Source: Minisyncoccia bacterium (GTDB taxonomy: Bacteria; Patescibacteriota; Minisyncoccia; Phycocordibacterales; UBA9973). Taken from it: 64,000 bases of DNA. Numbering within the stretch: the stretch's first letter is position 1; every line of letters begins with the position of its first letter. The translations under genes and the position numbers were made by a program. The stretch spans positions 2,232 through 66,231 of the forward strand of contig JBBSBF010000001.1 of the NCBI GenBank assembly GCA_038251535.1. The letters run 5' to 3'. Shown piece by piece: positions 49,492 through 57,980 of the stretch. The notes beneath the pieces were generated by a model that saw only the letters and a list, made by a program, of their open reading frames with translations, made no database searches and was not told where the DNA came from.

Positions 49492-49901
49492 TTTTGGCGC
49501 AAATAGGTTCCAACATCGTCCCACAGCGCCAGCAAAATAGTTATAAAAAAACCACCCGAAGGCAGTTTAAAATAAGTGTCCAAGTAAGAACAGACTAGGA
49601 CCGTTAAAGGTACGGCCGACGTTCTCGAGAATGATCTTGCTTTGTATTTCGAGTCAGTCATATCAAATGCAGTCTGTATACTTAGACACTTATTAGGTAA
49701 TCAATTCTTCATTCAGCTCTATCTTCTGGGAAATGATAAGGATGTCCGGTCTTGTACTTCAAGATCCTTTGCAGAAGCGGGTGCAGAGATGACAGAAAAC
49801 GTAATTCAATTTGAATGTAGCATAGCTCTTAAAAAAGTTCAAACATCAACCTAGACCTTCAGCAAATAAAAAGAGTGGCTGTTAGCCACTCTGCAAGTAT
49901 A

Positions 49902-50243
49902 TTATTTATTGCAATATTTTTTTGCTGCGGTATGTAAAACTTTAGGAATATTATTCAGAGCAAGAATCGATTTCGTTTGATATACATACGAAAGTTTCAA
50001 GGATTGAAAATTTTTAACAAAATATTGTTCCACTGATTCTATCGAATCAGTTTCTACTTTTTCATTTCTTGCACATTTACAGATGAACTGAATGAAATCA
50101 CTTTCACACTCAGCTATTTTGATATGAGGTACATTTCTGAGGGGAACAGTTTCTATTTTAGAATTTTCTCTCCGCCTTGTGAATAATACAATTGCAATTA
50201 TTATTGCAACAAAAAGCACTGATAAAATAAATATTAATGTCAT
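49902..50243 (-). CDS. Array cassette 8: N-terminally anchored hypothetical protein
   Basis: TM N-terminus; TTGACA-N16-TATAGT; terminator AGAGTGGCT-gtt-AGCCACTCT at ~49872-49892. Confidence 0.7.
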   Translation of the reverse strand: MTLIFILSVLFVAIIIAIVLFTRRRENSKIETVPLRNVPHIKIAECESDFIQFICKCARNEKVETDSIESVEQYFVKNFQSLKLSYVYQTKSILALNNIPKVLHTAAKKYCNK

Positions 50244-50344
50244 ATCTATATATTTTATTCTACTATACTCAATTTAATTTATATGTCAACATCAACCCAA
50301 ACAGCTAGCGAACACTTTTCGGTCAGATTTGATACAATGAAATT

Positions 50345-50554
50345 ATGCAAAAAATAGCAACACGGATATTTATCTACGCATCTATCGTTTTTGGAATTAT
50401 CGGTATGTTGATTGTGGTGACTGCTTCTGGACCAGATATGCCGGATTCAACTGCAACCAAGGTATTGATCCGGCTCTTGTTCGCTACGGTCTTTGTGATC
50501 CTGCCTTCGTTTGCTCTAAGTCTGGCCAGTAAGTACCTAAACGATAAATCATAA
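50345..50554 (+). CDS. Small 2-TM membrane protein
   Basis: Hydrophobic 69 aa; TGATACAAT just upstream. Confidence 0.7.
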   Translation: MQKIATRIFIYASIVFGIIGMLIVVTASGPDMPDSTATKVLIRLLFATVFVILPSFALSLASKYLNDKS

Positions 50555-50612
50555 GTACACCACATCCTTAGTTTGTAAATTGGAAATAAAAAAAGCACCT
50601 ACGGGAAAACAA

Positions 50613-51290
50613 ATGAAACTGGTAACGTACAAATTTTTAGAAAACATCATCAACGTTTTTCGCGGGCGTACTATCCTTTGGCACATCTTATTTTGGGGAG
50701 TCAGCTTTGTGTTAGTGAGCAGCGGATTTGACTGGTGGTACTTTGAGCACACTCGTGGAGCGACGGTCCAAGCGATATTGTTCCCACCGGTATTTCTCGG
50801 AATGCTTGTTCCGTTTGGTATGTTCTTCGTGCTCATCACCTGTGGAATGGTGCGAAAAAGTACATCTCTCATACACACTGCCTTTGCCACTGCTCAAGCG
50901 GGCATCCTCGGCTTTGGTATTTCTTCACTCTACAAAGTGTTCACTGGTCGCTCAGGACCACCTGGATTTAGGTCAATGGTGAGTACACTATCCGACACGA
51001 GTCATGGGTTTAAGTTTGGATTTTACCGAGGTGGGGCCTTTCAAGGCTGGCCTTCGTCGCATACTACGGTGGCATTTGCTATGTCAGCCGCTCTTGTTGC
51101 GCTCTATCCCGGCAACGACACAAAGAGCAAGGTCATTCGTTTTGTCGCCATGCTCTATGCGCTCTATATCGGCATCGGAGTCTCAGTCAACATTCATTGG
51201 TTTTCTGACTTTGTCGCCGGAGCTATCTTGGGGACACTCATCGGGCTCGTCGTCGGCAAAGCTTTTTACAACCGATTAAAAAGGCAATAA
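50613..51290 (+). CDS. PAP2-family membrane phosphatase
   Basis: K..TGR.GP, WPSSH, HWFSDFVAG. Confidence 0.88.
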   Translation: MKLVTYKFLENIINVFRGRTILWHILFWGVSFVLVSSGFDWWYFEHTRGATVQAILFPPVFLGMLVPFGMFFVLITCGMVRKSTSLIHTAFATAQAGILGFGISSLYKVFTGRSGPPGFRSMVSTLSDTSHGFKFGFYRGGAFQGWPSSHTTVAFAMSAALVALYPGNDTKSKVIRFVAMLYALYIGIGVSVNIHWFSDFVAGAILGTLIGLVVGKAFYNRLKRQ

Positions 51291-51320
51291 AGAACCTCTC
51301 AACTCTGCTATACTGATACT

Positions 51321-52244
51321 ATGAAAAATAAAATCATTTTTGTAGTACTCAGTCTTGTCGCCATTGTTGTTGTCGGGATATTGTTACAAGGTCATTCGAG
51401 CAACAACATACCGGTACCAGACAACAACACCGCAAGTCCAAAAAACGCTACCTATACAGTCGATGGTCAGGCAGTGACGTTGGTAGATGGTCAGGCGAGT
51501 GTACCTGCTGCTCCTGGTTCAGCATCCAACATCACTACTCAATATGTCGGCGATGAAGTGTCGCATGATTTTGATGGTGATGGCAGGATGGATACTGCAT
51601 TTATATTGACTCAAAACACTGGTGGGAGTGGGACGTTTTATTATGTTGTAGCAGCGCTCAATACAGCAAATGGATATGTGGGTTCTGATGCAGTGCTTCT
51701 CGGAGATCGTATTGCGCCTCAAACGTTGGAAATGTCACAAAATCCATCTACTCCAGATGTGCTCGTCGTTAACTACAGTGATAGGAAACCACAAGAATCT
51801 TTTGTAGTTGCGCCATCAGTTGCAAAGACCATCTGGCTCAAGCTCGATACCAAAACAATGCAGTTTGGTGAAGTCGCACAAGGCTTTGAAGGTGAAGCGA
51901 ATCCATCCAAAATGTCTCTGGGTATGAAGACGTGGAGTTGGGTACAAACGATATACAGCAATGATACAAAGGTAACACCAAAGACAAATAAATTTACCCT
52001 TACCTTTAAAGCCAACAAAACTTTTTCTGCAACAACGGACTGTAACGGCGTGGGTGGGGAATACATCGTGAGTGATGAAAAGATTTCGTTCACCAACATG
52101 CTCTCTACGCTCATGTACTGCAAAGGTTCACAAGAGCAGGACTTTACCAAAATGCTAAGTGAAGCACAAAGCTACATGTTCACTGCAAAAGGCGAACTGG
52201 TTTTCATGTTGAAATACGACAGCGGATCGGTGATTTTCAAATAG
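51321..52244 (+). CDS. Membrane-anchored META (HslJ) domain protein
   Basis: N-terminal TM, GGSGTFYYV, TTDCNG..G.Y, STLMYC. Confidence 0.82.
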   Translation: MKNKIIFVVLSLVAIVVVGILLQGHSSNNIPVPDNNTASPKNATYTVDGQAVTLVDGQASVPAAPGSASNITTQYVGDEVSHDFDGDGRMDTAFILTQNTGGSGTFYYVVAALNTANGYVGSDAVLLGDRIAPQTLEMSQNPSTPDVLVVNYSDRKPQESFVVAPSVAKTIWLKLDTKTMQFGEVAQGFEGEANPSKMSLGMKTWSWVQTIYSNDTKVTPKTNKFTLTFKANKTFSATTDCNGVGGEYIVSDEKISFTNMLSTLMYCKGSQEQDFTKMLSEAQSYMFTAKGELVFMLKYDSGSVIFK

Positions 52245-52301
52245 AAATTAGCAAGAACCGTTCTTGCTAAACACCACGACCAAAGATGATATACTAGGGT
52301 T

Positions 52302-52466
52302 ATGCATAATCAAATTGTAAATCATCAAGACTTTTTTGGGACACTATGGATTATCGGGTGGCTCTTTTCGATCGGGTACCTCAACCTAACGTTTTGGAAA
52401 GGGGTTCTCGCACTTTTTGTGTGGCCGTATTTCATGGGAATAAAGTTCCACAATACAAAAAACTAA
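52302..52466 (+). CDS. 54-aa membrane protein
   Basis: Translated by hand ...GTLWIIGWLFSIGYLNLTFWKGVLALFVWPYFMG...; TGATATACT just upstream. Confidence 0.7.
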   Translation: MHNQIVNHQDFFGTLWIIGWLFSIGYLNLTFWKGVLALFVWPYFMGIKFHNTKN

Positions 52467-52522
52467 GTTTTGATTAAACCGTCAACAAAGTCCGGTATTG
52501 TGTCATGTGATATACTGATGCT

Positions 52523-52990
52523 ATGAAAAAATTATTGATTGTAATCCTGCTTATTGTAGCAGTAGTGTTGATCGCACGGTCTACTAAAAAGACTTCAGCA
52601 CCAGTAGAAGTACCAACAACGACCCAAACATCCGCCATTGTCGGCTGTTATGTTGCAGGGACAGATAAAGATGTATTTACCATGCACATTGCGAGTCAGG
52701 AAGGACAAGCGGTGGCGGGGGATTTGAAGTTTAACAACTTTGAAAAAGATAGCTCGAGCGGTACCTTTACTGGTACATATACCAATGACACCTTGATCGG
52801 GGATTATACGTTCAACTCAGAAGGAACGACATCGGTGATGCAAGTCGCATTCAAAAAATCCGGACAAGACTTTGTCCGAGGATACACTGATGTGAACGCT
52901 GACGGAACGCAGTTTACCGATGTCTCAACACTGACATACGACGCGTCATCACCGTTGAATGTATTTAAAAAAGGGGAATGCGCTCTGTAA
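52523..52990 (+). CDS. Secreted/anchored beta-rich hypothetical protein
   Basis: Signal anchor; EKDSSSGTFTG, YTFNSEG. Confidence 0.75.
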   Translation: MKKLLIVILLIVAVVLIARSTKKTSAPVEVPTTTQTSAIVGCYVAGTDKDVFTMHIASQEGQAVAGDLKFNNFEKDSSSGTFTGTYTNDTLIGDYTFNSEGTTSVMQVAFKKSGQDFVRGYTDVNADGTQFTDVSTLTYDASSPLNVFKKGECAL

Positions 52991-53046
52991 TACGTCCGAT
53001 ACTGTTGTAGAAAAAAAGCCACTCATTTGGGAGTGGCTTTTGTATG

Positions 53047-53535
53047 TTATGCACTTTTTTCGGCATAGCATGTGTTTTGAATTATGAATTTTCCGTATGG
53101 TTCACTGATACTTATGAATTGAGCATCCGTGTTGTGCGGCAAAAATAATCCTTTACGGCTATGTTCTAAATATACATGCTCCGCGTGGATTAAATTTCGG
53201 GCGATGTTATTGTTTGCCCATAGTACGATCATGGAGATTTCCGCATTAATACGGAATATCTGTTTTGGTTTGTAACGATAGAACTCAACTGCTTCTGAGA
53301 ATGTACGGCACTTACCGTTGCTCTTTTCTATTCTGTACGCCCTCTTACGGCTGTCATAATAGGTGCCGGTGCAGTCGTTTCTTGTGCGTACATTCAAACA
53401 AGCTTTTAAAACAGGAATCCAAAAAAAGATACATCTTTTTTCTAAAACAAATTTATTTGTAGCTGTTTGGTGAATACGATAATTTTTTGGTAAACAAGCT
53501 TCTGTAGTTTCGGTAGTGAGGGGTTTATTTTCCAT
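53047..53535 (-). CDS. AT-rich orphan
   Basis: TTGACA (plus-strand TGTCAA at 53575-53580) upstream; shared terminator at 53012-53041. Confidence 0.6.
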   Translation of the reverse strand: MENKPLTTETTEACLPKNYRIHQTATNKFVLEKRCIFFWIPVLKACLNVRTRNDCTGTYYDSRKRAYRIEKSNGKCRTFSEAVEFYRYKPKQIFRINAEISMIVLWANNNIARNLIHAEHVYLEHSRKGLFLPHNTDAQFISISEPYGKFIIQNTCYAEKSA

Positions 53536-53626
53536 TATTAATTTTTTATGTAGCCTACTGCTAGAAACAGACGTTGTCAACACGTCGTTTGAATGAGATA
53601 TATAAGCATGGTATAACAGTCATGCA

Positions 53627-55135
53627 ATGATAAAAACCATATCAATCAAAAATATCTCACAATCATTCTTGGAAAAGAATATTTTGGATCAAGTATCATT
53701 TAAAGTCACCGCACATGAACGGATGTGTATTGTCGGCGACAACGGCACGGGCAAATCAACACTGTTGAAAATCATCGTCGGTGAGATCGAGCCGACCGCA
53801 GGAAGCATTGAACACAACGGCCATATCCGCTGTTACTACGTTCCTCAGGAGTTCACACCTGAAAATGCGGCCCTGACTATCGAGGCATATATACAAAAGC
53901 ACGGTAGTGTAACTCTTTACAAGAAAATATTTGCCGTTGGACAAAGTCTCGGATACAACCTCGAAAAAAACATGCACATGCAGTGCGCACTCCTCTCTGG
54001 TGGACAACAAAAGGTACTCGCGCTTTCGGTGGGGATTGCAAATGCACCCGACTTTTTGCTCCTCGATGAACCAGAAAACCACCTCGACATCGTGAGTCGA
54101 CTCGAGCTCATGGTACAACTACAGGAATACCGTGGTGGTATTTTGTTCGTGTCACACGATCGACTGATGATTGATTCGGTTGCGACAAAGGTAGCCGAGG
54201 TCGCGACAAAGAAAGTATATATCTCAGAAGGAACGTACGAAGATTACATCGAAAACAGACTCACCCGCATCGCAGGACTGCAACGCAGTTTTGATACTGA
54301 CACCAAACGCATCAAGCAACTGCAAACGATGCTTCCGATTCTTGCGCAAAAAGCATATCGTGGCAAAGACGTGCCGACCTATCTCAAACGCAAAGAAGAG
54401 CTGCGACTGTTGAAAGAAAAACAGGCAGACAGTCCGCGCGCAGATGATACCCGAACAAAAATCAAGCTCGCACACTCGGGAAGTGCGCTACACAACGGTA
54501 AATTGCTCTGCCGTATTACCGATGCAACGTTTGGGTATGACAAAGGAGGGAGCGATATCTTTCGAGATATTTCAGTCGATGTTCGAATTGGTCAACACAT
54601 CGTGTTGCTTGGAAGAAACGGATCGGGTAAATCTACTTTTCTCAAGGCGCTCACCGGAAACGTATCACTCACCAGAGGATCGATCGCGTGGTCTCCTGAT
54701 ATAACGACGAGCTACTTTGATCAACATGCCGTGTTTGACCCCGGGCAAACTCCCGTCGAGATCGTTGTCGAAGCGCTCGCGTGTGATGACAACAAGGCTC
54801 GTGCGCATCTCGGTGCGATGAAATTTACCAAAGAAAAAATGGAAACCATGGTCGGAGAACTATCGGGAGGTGAGCGGATGCGTTTGCGTTTTGCACTCGT
54901 GTTTGGAAGTAAACCAGATGTCATCATTTTGGATGAGCCAACAAACCATCTCGACGAAGTGACCTGGCAAATACTACTCGATGCTTGTAATGCGACGACG
55001 AGCACGATACTGCTCGTTACGCATGATTATGAATTTATAGAAAATCTCGAGTCAAAGTTGTTTTGGCTTATAAAAAACCATGTCTTACGAGAGAGATACA
55101 AAGATCTCAAGGATATCATTGAAGAATTGAGATAA
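53627..55135 (+). CDS. ABC-F family ATPase
   Basis: Two ABC domains (GDNGTGKST, LSGGQ, LDEP; GRNGSGKST, LSGGE, LDEPTNHLD), no TM segments. Confidence 0.92.
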   Translation: MIKTISIKNISQSFLEKNILDQVSFKVTAHERMCIVGDNGTGKSTLLKIIVGEIEPTAGSIEHNGHIRCYYVPQEFTPENAALTIEAYIQKHGSVTLYKKIFAVGQSLGYNLEKNMHMQCALLSGGQQKVLALSVGIANAPDFLLLDEPENHLDIVSRLELMVQLQEYRGGILFVSHDRLMIDSVATKVAEVATKKVYISEGTYEDYIENRLTRIAGLQRSFDTDTKRIKQLQTMLPILAQKAYRGKDVPTYLKRKEELRLLKEKQADSPRADDTRTKIKLAHSGSALHNGKLLCRITDATFGYDKGGSDIFRDISVDVRIGQHIVLLGRNGSGKSTFLKALTGNVSLTRGSIAWSPDITTSYFDQHAVFDPGQTPVEIVVEALACDDNKARAHLGAMKFTKEKMETMVGELSGGERMRLRFALVFGSKPDVIILDEPTNHLDEVTWQILLDACNATTSTILLVTHDYEFIENLESKLFWLIKNHVLRERYKDLKDIIEELR

Positions 55136-55152
55136 ATGGTATACTAGGAGCA

Positions 55153-56013
55153 ATGAATGTACGAATAGCAGTAATATTGTGTTTATCCCTTTCATTTCTA
55201 GGGGTTACAAGTACTTATGCGATAGATCCGCCACAAATAACGGCAAAGGGGATTGCAATATATGGATGGAAAGACAATGTAGCAACTCCGATCTTGCTTA
55301 AAAAAGAACATCAACTTTTTCCAATCGCGAGTTTGACCAAACTAATCACGGCAAAGATCGCCGAGGACCTCTATCTGCCGGATAGAGTATTTACTATCAG
55401 TAAGGTAGCCGCTGCAACCGAAGGCACGATACCGGGTATAGTCGCCGGAGCGACGTTCACTCGCGATGATTTGCTCAAGGCACTCTTGATCAACTCGAGT
55501 AACGATGCGGCAGTTGCACTGATGGAGCCAGTTGGAGCAAAGACATTCATCGATCGCATGAACGATGAGTTGCATACGAAAAATTATACTACGACTTCGT
55601 TTATCAATCCTTCTGGATTGGACCCAAGTAAAAAAAGCAAACTCAAACCAAACCGTTTGACACCGTATCATCTCACTGAAATACTCAATGATATATACCT
55701 AAATGATTCTTTTTTGGCGGGGATCCTCGACAGTAACAATGTCGAGATTACCAATCTAACTGACAACACACCGGTGTCGCTCAAGCAAACCAATGCGTTG
55801 TTTCGGGATGACATATATAAAAATAAAATGTGGATGAGTAAGACTGGGCTGACCAATATGGCAGGACAAAACCTTGCCTTTGTCACTGACGGAGGGACCG
55901 CCTATGACTATGTGACGGTAGTGTTTTTGGGGTCAAAGGGGAGAACAGTGGATTCAAAGAAACTACTGGATTGGCTCGACCTCGTCGTCAATAATCAAAA
56001 CTATGGAGGATAA
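55153..56013 (+). CDS. D-alanyl-D-alanine carboxypeptidase, peptidase S11
   Basis: Signal peptide, PIASLTK, SSNDAA, NPSGL, KTG. Confidence 0.9.
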   Translation: MNVRIAVILCLSLSFLGVTSTYAIDPPQITAKGIAIYGWKDNVATPILLKKEHQLFPIASLTKLITAKIAEDLYLPDRVFTISKVAAATEGTIPGIVAGATFTRDDLLKALLINSSNDAAVALMEPVGAKTFIDRMNDELHTKNYTTTSFINPSGLDPSKKSKLKPNRLTPYHLTEILNDIYLNDSFLAGILDSNNVEITNLTDNTPVSLKQTNALFRDDIYKNKMWMSKTGLTNMAGQNLAFVTDGGTAYDYVTVVFLGSKGRTVDSKKLLDWLDLVVNNQNYGG

Positions 56014-56094
56014 ATCAAATTCGTGATTATCAATACTGATTGATTGTTGAAAAAGGAGTATACTGGGGGTATTATCATAATAGATCAACACACT

Positions 56095-56250
56095 ATGAAC
56101 CAACAAAAAGGAAACACGAACGGTACTCTATTGGTAGTAATCCTCGTCGTCATTGTCGGGTTTGTTGTCTGGTATGTGACGTCGCTTAATACATAACCAC
56201 AGCCTCAAGGAGTCCAAATCAATCTCGGTGGTACCTCTAGGCAACAATAA
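56095..56250 (+). pseudogene. Small single-TM protein with an internal TAA
   Basis: MNQQKGNTNGTLLVVILVVIVGFVVWYVTSLNT*PQPQGVQINLGGTSRQQ*. Confidence 0.4.
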
Positions 56251-56340
56251 GACAATAAACGATCTTGGTTGACTGGGAAGTAGATTTTGGGAAAGCATTT
56301 CGCATGATATGCATCAATAATACCAAGGCTCAGGTCCGAG

Positions 56341-56369
56341 TTGACATTCAAAACAAAGGGTGTTATCAT
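56341..56369 (+). promoter_or_regulatory. Sigma70 promoter of the DEAD-box helicase gene
   Basis: TTGACA-N17-TATCAT. Confidence 0.75.
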
Positions 56370-56448
56370 AGCTCATTATTCTAAATATATTGTGTTATTG
56401 ACTACTCGGTCAGGTTGACACAGTAGAACAATAAAAATAACACAACAT

Positions 56449-57726
56449 ATGATCATCACGAACACGCGCCCAGCGCGAAAAACAACACGTACTTTTTCTA
56501 GTAAAACAAGCGCACCATCTCGACCCTCTTCGGGTTCTCGCTATTCGAGCGCAAAACCATCGTACGGTGGGAGTCGATATGGCGCCAAGCGTCCGACGAG
56601 CAACCGACGCGGACCCAAAGCAGACTTCATCGACGAAAACCGGTTTATCAACAAAGCAGCCGTAAATGAAGTGGAAGTAGTATACAATCCAAAACACACG
56701 TTTTCTGATTTCAATATTCACGAACAGCTTGGGATAAACCTCGCAAAGAAAAATTTTATTCACCCTTCTCCGATCCAAGATCAGGCGATCCCCGTGCTCC
56801 TCGAAGGTAAAGACGTTATCGGTATTGCAAGTACTGGTACTGGCAAGACTGCGGCGTTTTTGATCCCGATCATCAACAAGTTTGTCGAAGACCGTCGTCA
56901 TCAGGCGATGATACTCACTCCAACACGTGAACTCGCACAACAAGTCGAAGAAGAATTTCGAATCTTTACCGTAGGGATGCGTCTCTACAGTGTCTCTGCA
57001 GTTGGTGGACTTCCGATCACGAAACAGATTCGTGAGATCGATCAAGGTGTTCATATCGTCATTGGTACTCCAGGACGAGTCAAGGACCTCATCGCTCGCG
57101 GCAAAATCAAAATGGCTGACTTCAACACGATCGTCCTCGATGAGGCTGATCGAATGCTTGATATGGGATTTGTCGATGACATGCGTGAGATACTCGGGGC
57201 GATGCCAAAGGAAAAGCACGGGATGTTTTTCTCTGCAACGTTTTCTGGTCCGATCAAAGCACTTTGTAGCGACTTTTTGCGCGATCCAGTGACGATCTCA
57301 CTTAAAACACGTGATACCTCAGCAAGCGTTGATCAAGACGTTATTCGTGTACCTCGTGGGATGGAAAAGATCGAAGTGCTTCAGGACTTACTCAATAAGC
57401 CTGATTTCAAGAAAGTGCTCATTTTCCGTGAGACAAAACGAAATACTGACGATCTCGCAAAAGATCTCAAGAAACGTGGATTTTCTGCTCTGGCACTTCA
57501 TGGAGACATGCGCAGTCGTGAGCGAATGCGCGCAGTTGAATCCTTTTCAAAAGGCACAACTGCAATTGTTGTTGCAACAGATGTTGCAGCACGAGGTATC
57601 GACATCCCTGATATCACCCACGTTATCAACTATGACGTACCTTCGACATACGATACCTACATTCACCGTATTGGACGAACGGGCCGTGCCAACAAAAAAG
57701 GTGTGGCATTGACATTTGTTCGGTAA
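56449..57726 (+). CDS. DEAD-box RNA helicase
   Basis: Q motif, TGTGKT, PTRELA, TPGR, DEAD, SAT, ARGID, HRIGRTGR. Confidence 0.96.
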   Translation: MIITNTRPARKTTRTFSSKTSAPSRPSSGSRYSSAKPSYGGSRYGAKRPTSNRRGPKADFIDENRFINKAAVNEVEVVYNPKHTFSDFNIHEQLGINLAKKNFIHPSPIQDQAIPVLLEGKDVIGIASTGTGKTAAFLIPIINKFVEDRRHQAMILTPTRELAQQVEEEFRIFTVGMRLYSVSAVGGLPITKQIREIDQGVHIVIGTPGRVKDLIARGKIKMADFNTIVLDEADRMLDMGFVDDMREILGAMPKEKHGMFFSATFSGPIKALCSDFLRDPVTISLKTRDTSASVDQDVIRVPRGMEKIEVLQDLLNKPDFKKVLIFRETKRNTDDLAKDLKKRGFSALALHGDMRSRERMRAVESFSKGTTAIVVATDVAARGIDIPDITHVINYDVPSTYDTYIHRIGRTGRANKKGVALTFVR

Positions 57727-57746
57727 GTAACTTTTACTATGCTTTG

Positions 57747-57819
57747 AGCCGTTGATCGGGATTGAACCGATGACCTCCCCATTACCAATGGAGTGCTCTA
57801 CCAACTGAGCTACAACGGC
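57747..57819 (-). tRNA. tRNA-Thr(GGT)
   Basis: GCCGTTG/CAACGGC acceptor, anticodon loop TT-GGT-AA, GGTTCAATCCC. Confidence 0.95.
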
Positions 57820-57980
57820 ATTTAATTGAACCTATAAAAAGATACCACAAAAACTTCTTTTTTCAACATAATTGATATTAGGGTGGTTTAACCTGGCTTT
57901 GTCTTTTTTAATTTTTCTGTTATAGTGGAGTGCTTAAGTTCTGCCCCATAGCGGGCCTTTATTTTATAAAAAACAACATT

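Larger units (their letters stand above)
46416..50312 (+). repeat. Eight ~28-bp direct repeats, consensus GTTCNAAYATCGTCCCASRSCNYCAGC, separating single-gene units
   Basis: Copies start at 46416, 47155, 47703, 48233, 48851, 49507, 49837 and 50285 (last two degenerate). Confidence 0.92.

Noticed and set aside
46416-49536. Repeats as classical integron attC sites (GTTCTAAC resembles RYYYAAC)
   Set aside because: No matching GTTRRRY end or long imperfect palindrome, genes lie in both orientations with their own promoters, and no intI is present. Similarity to the tRNA 3' end explains them better.
46416-50312. Repeats as a CRISPR array
   Set aside because: Intervals are 330-740 bp and contain whole genes, the repeats are degenerate, and no cas genes are in the window.
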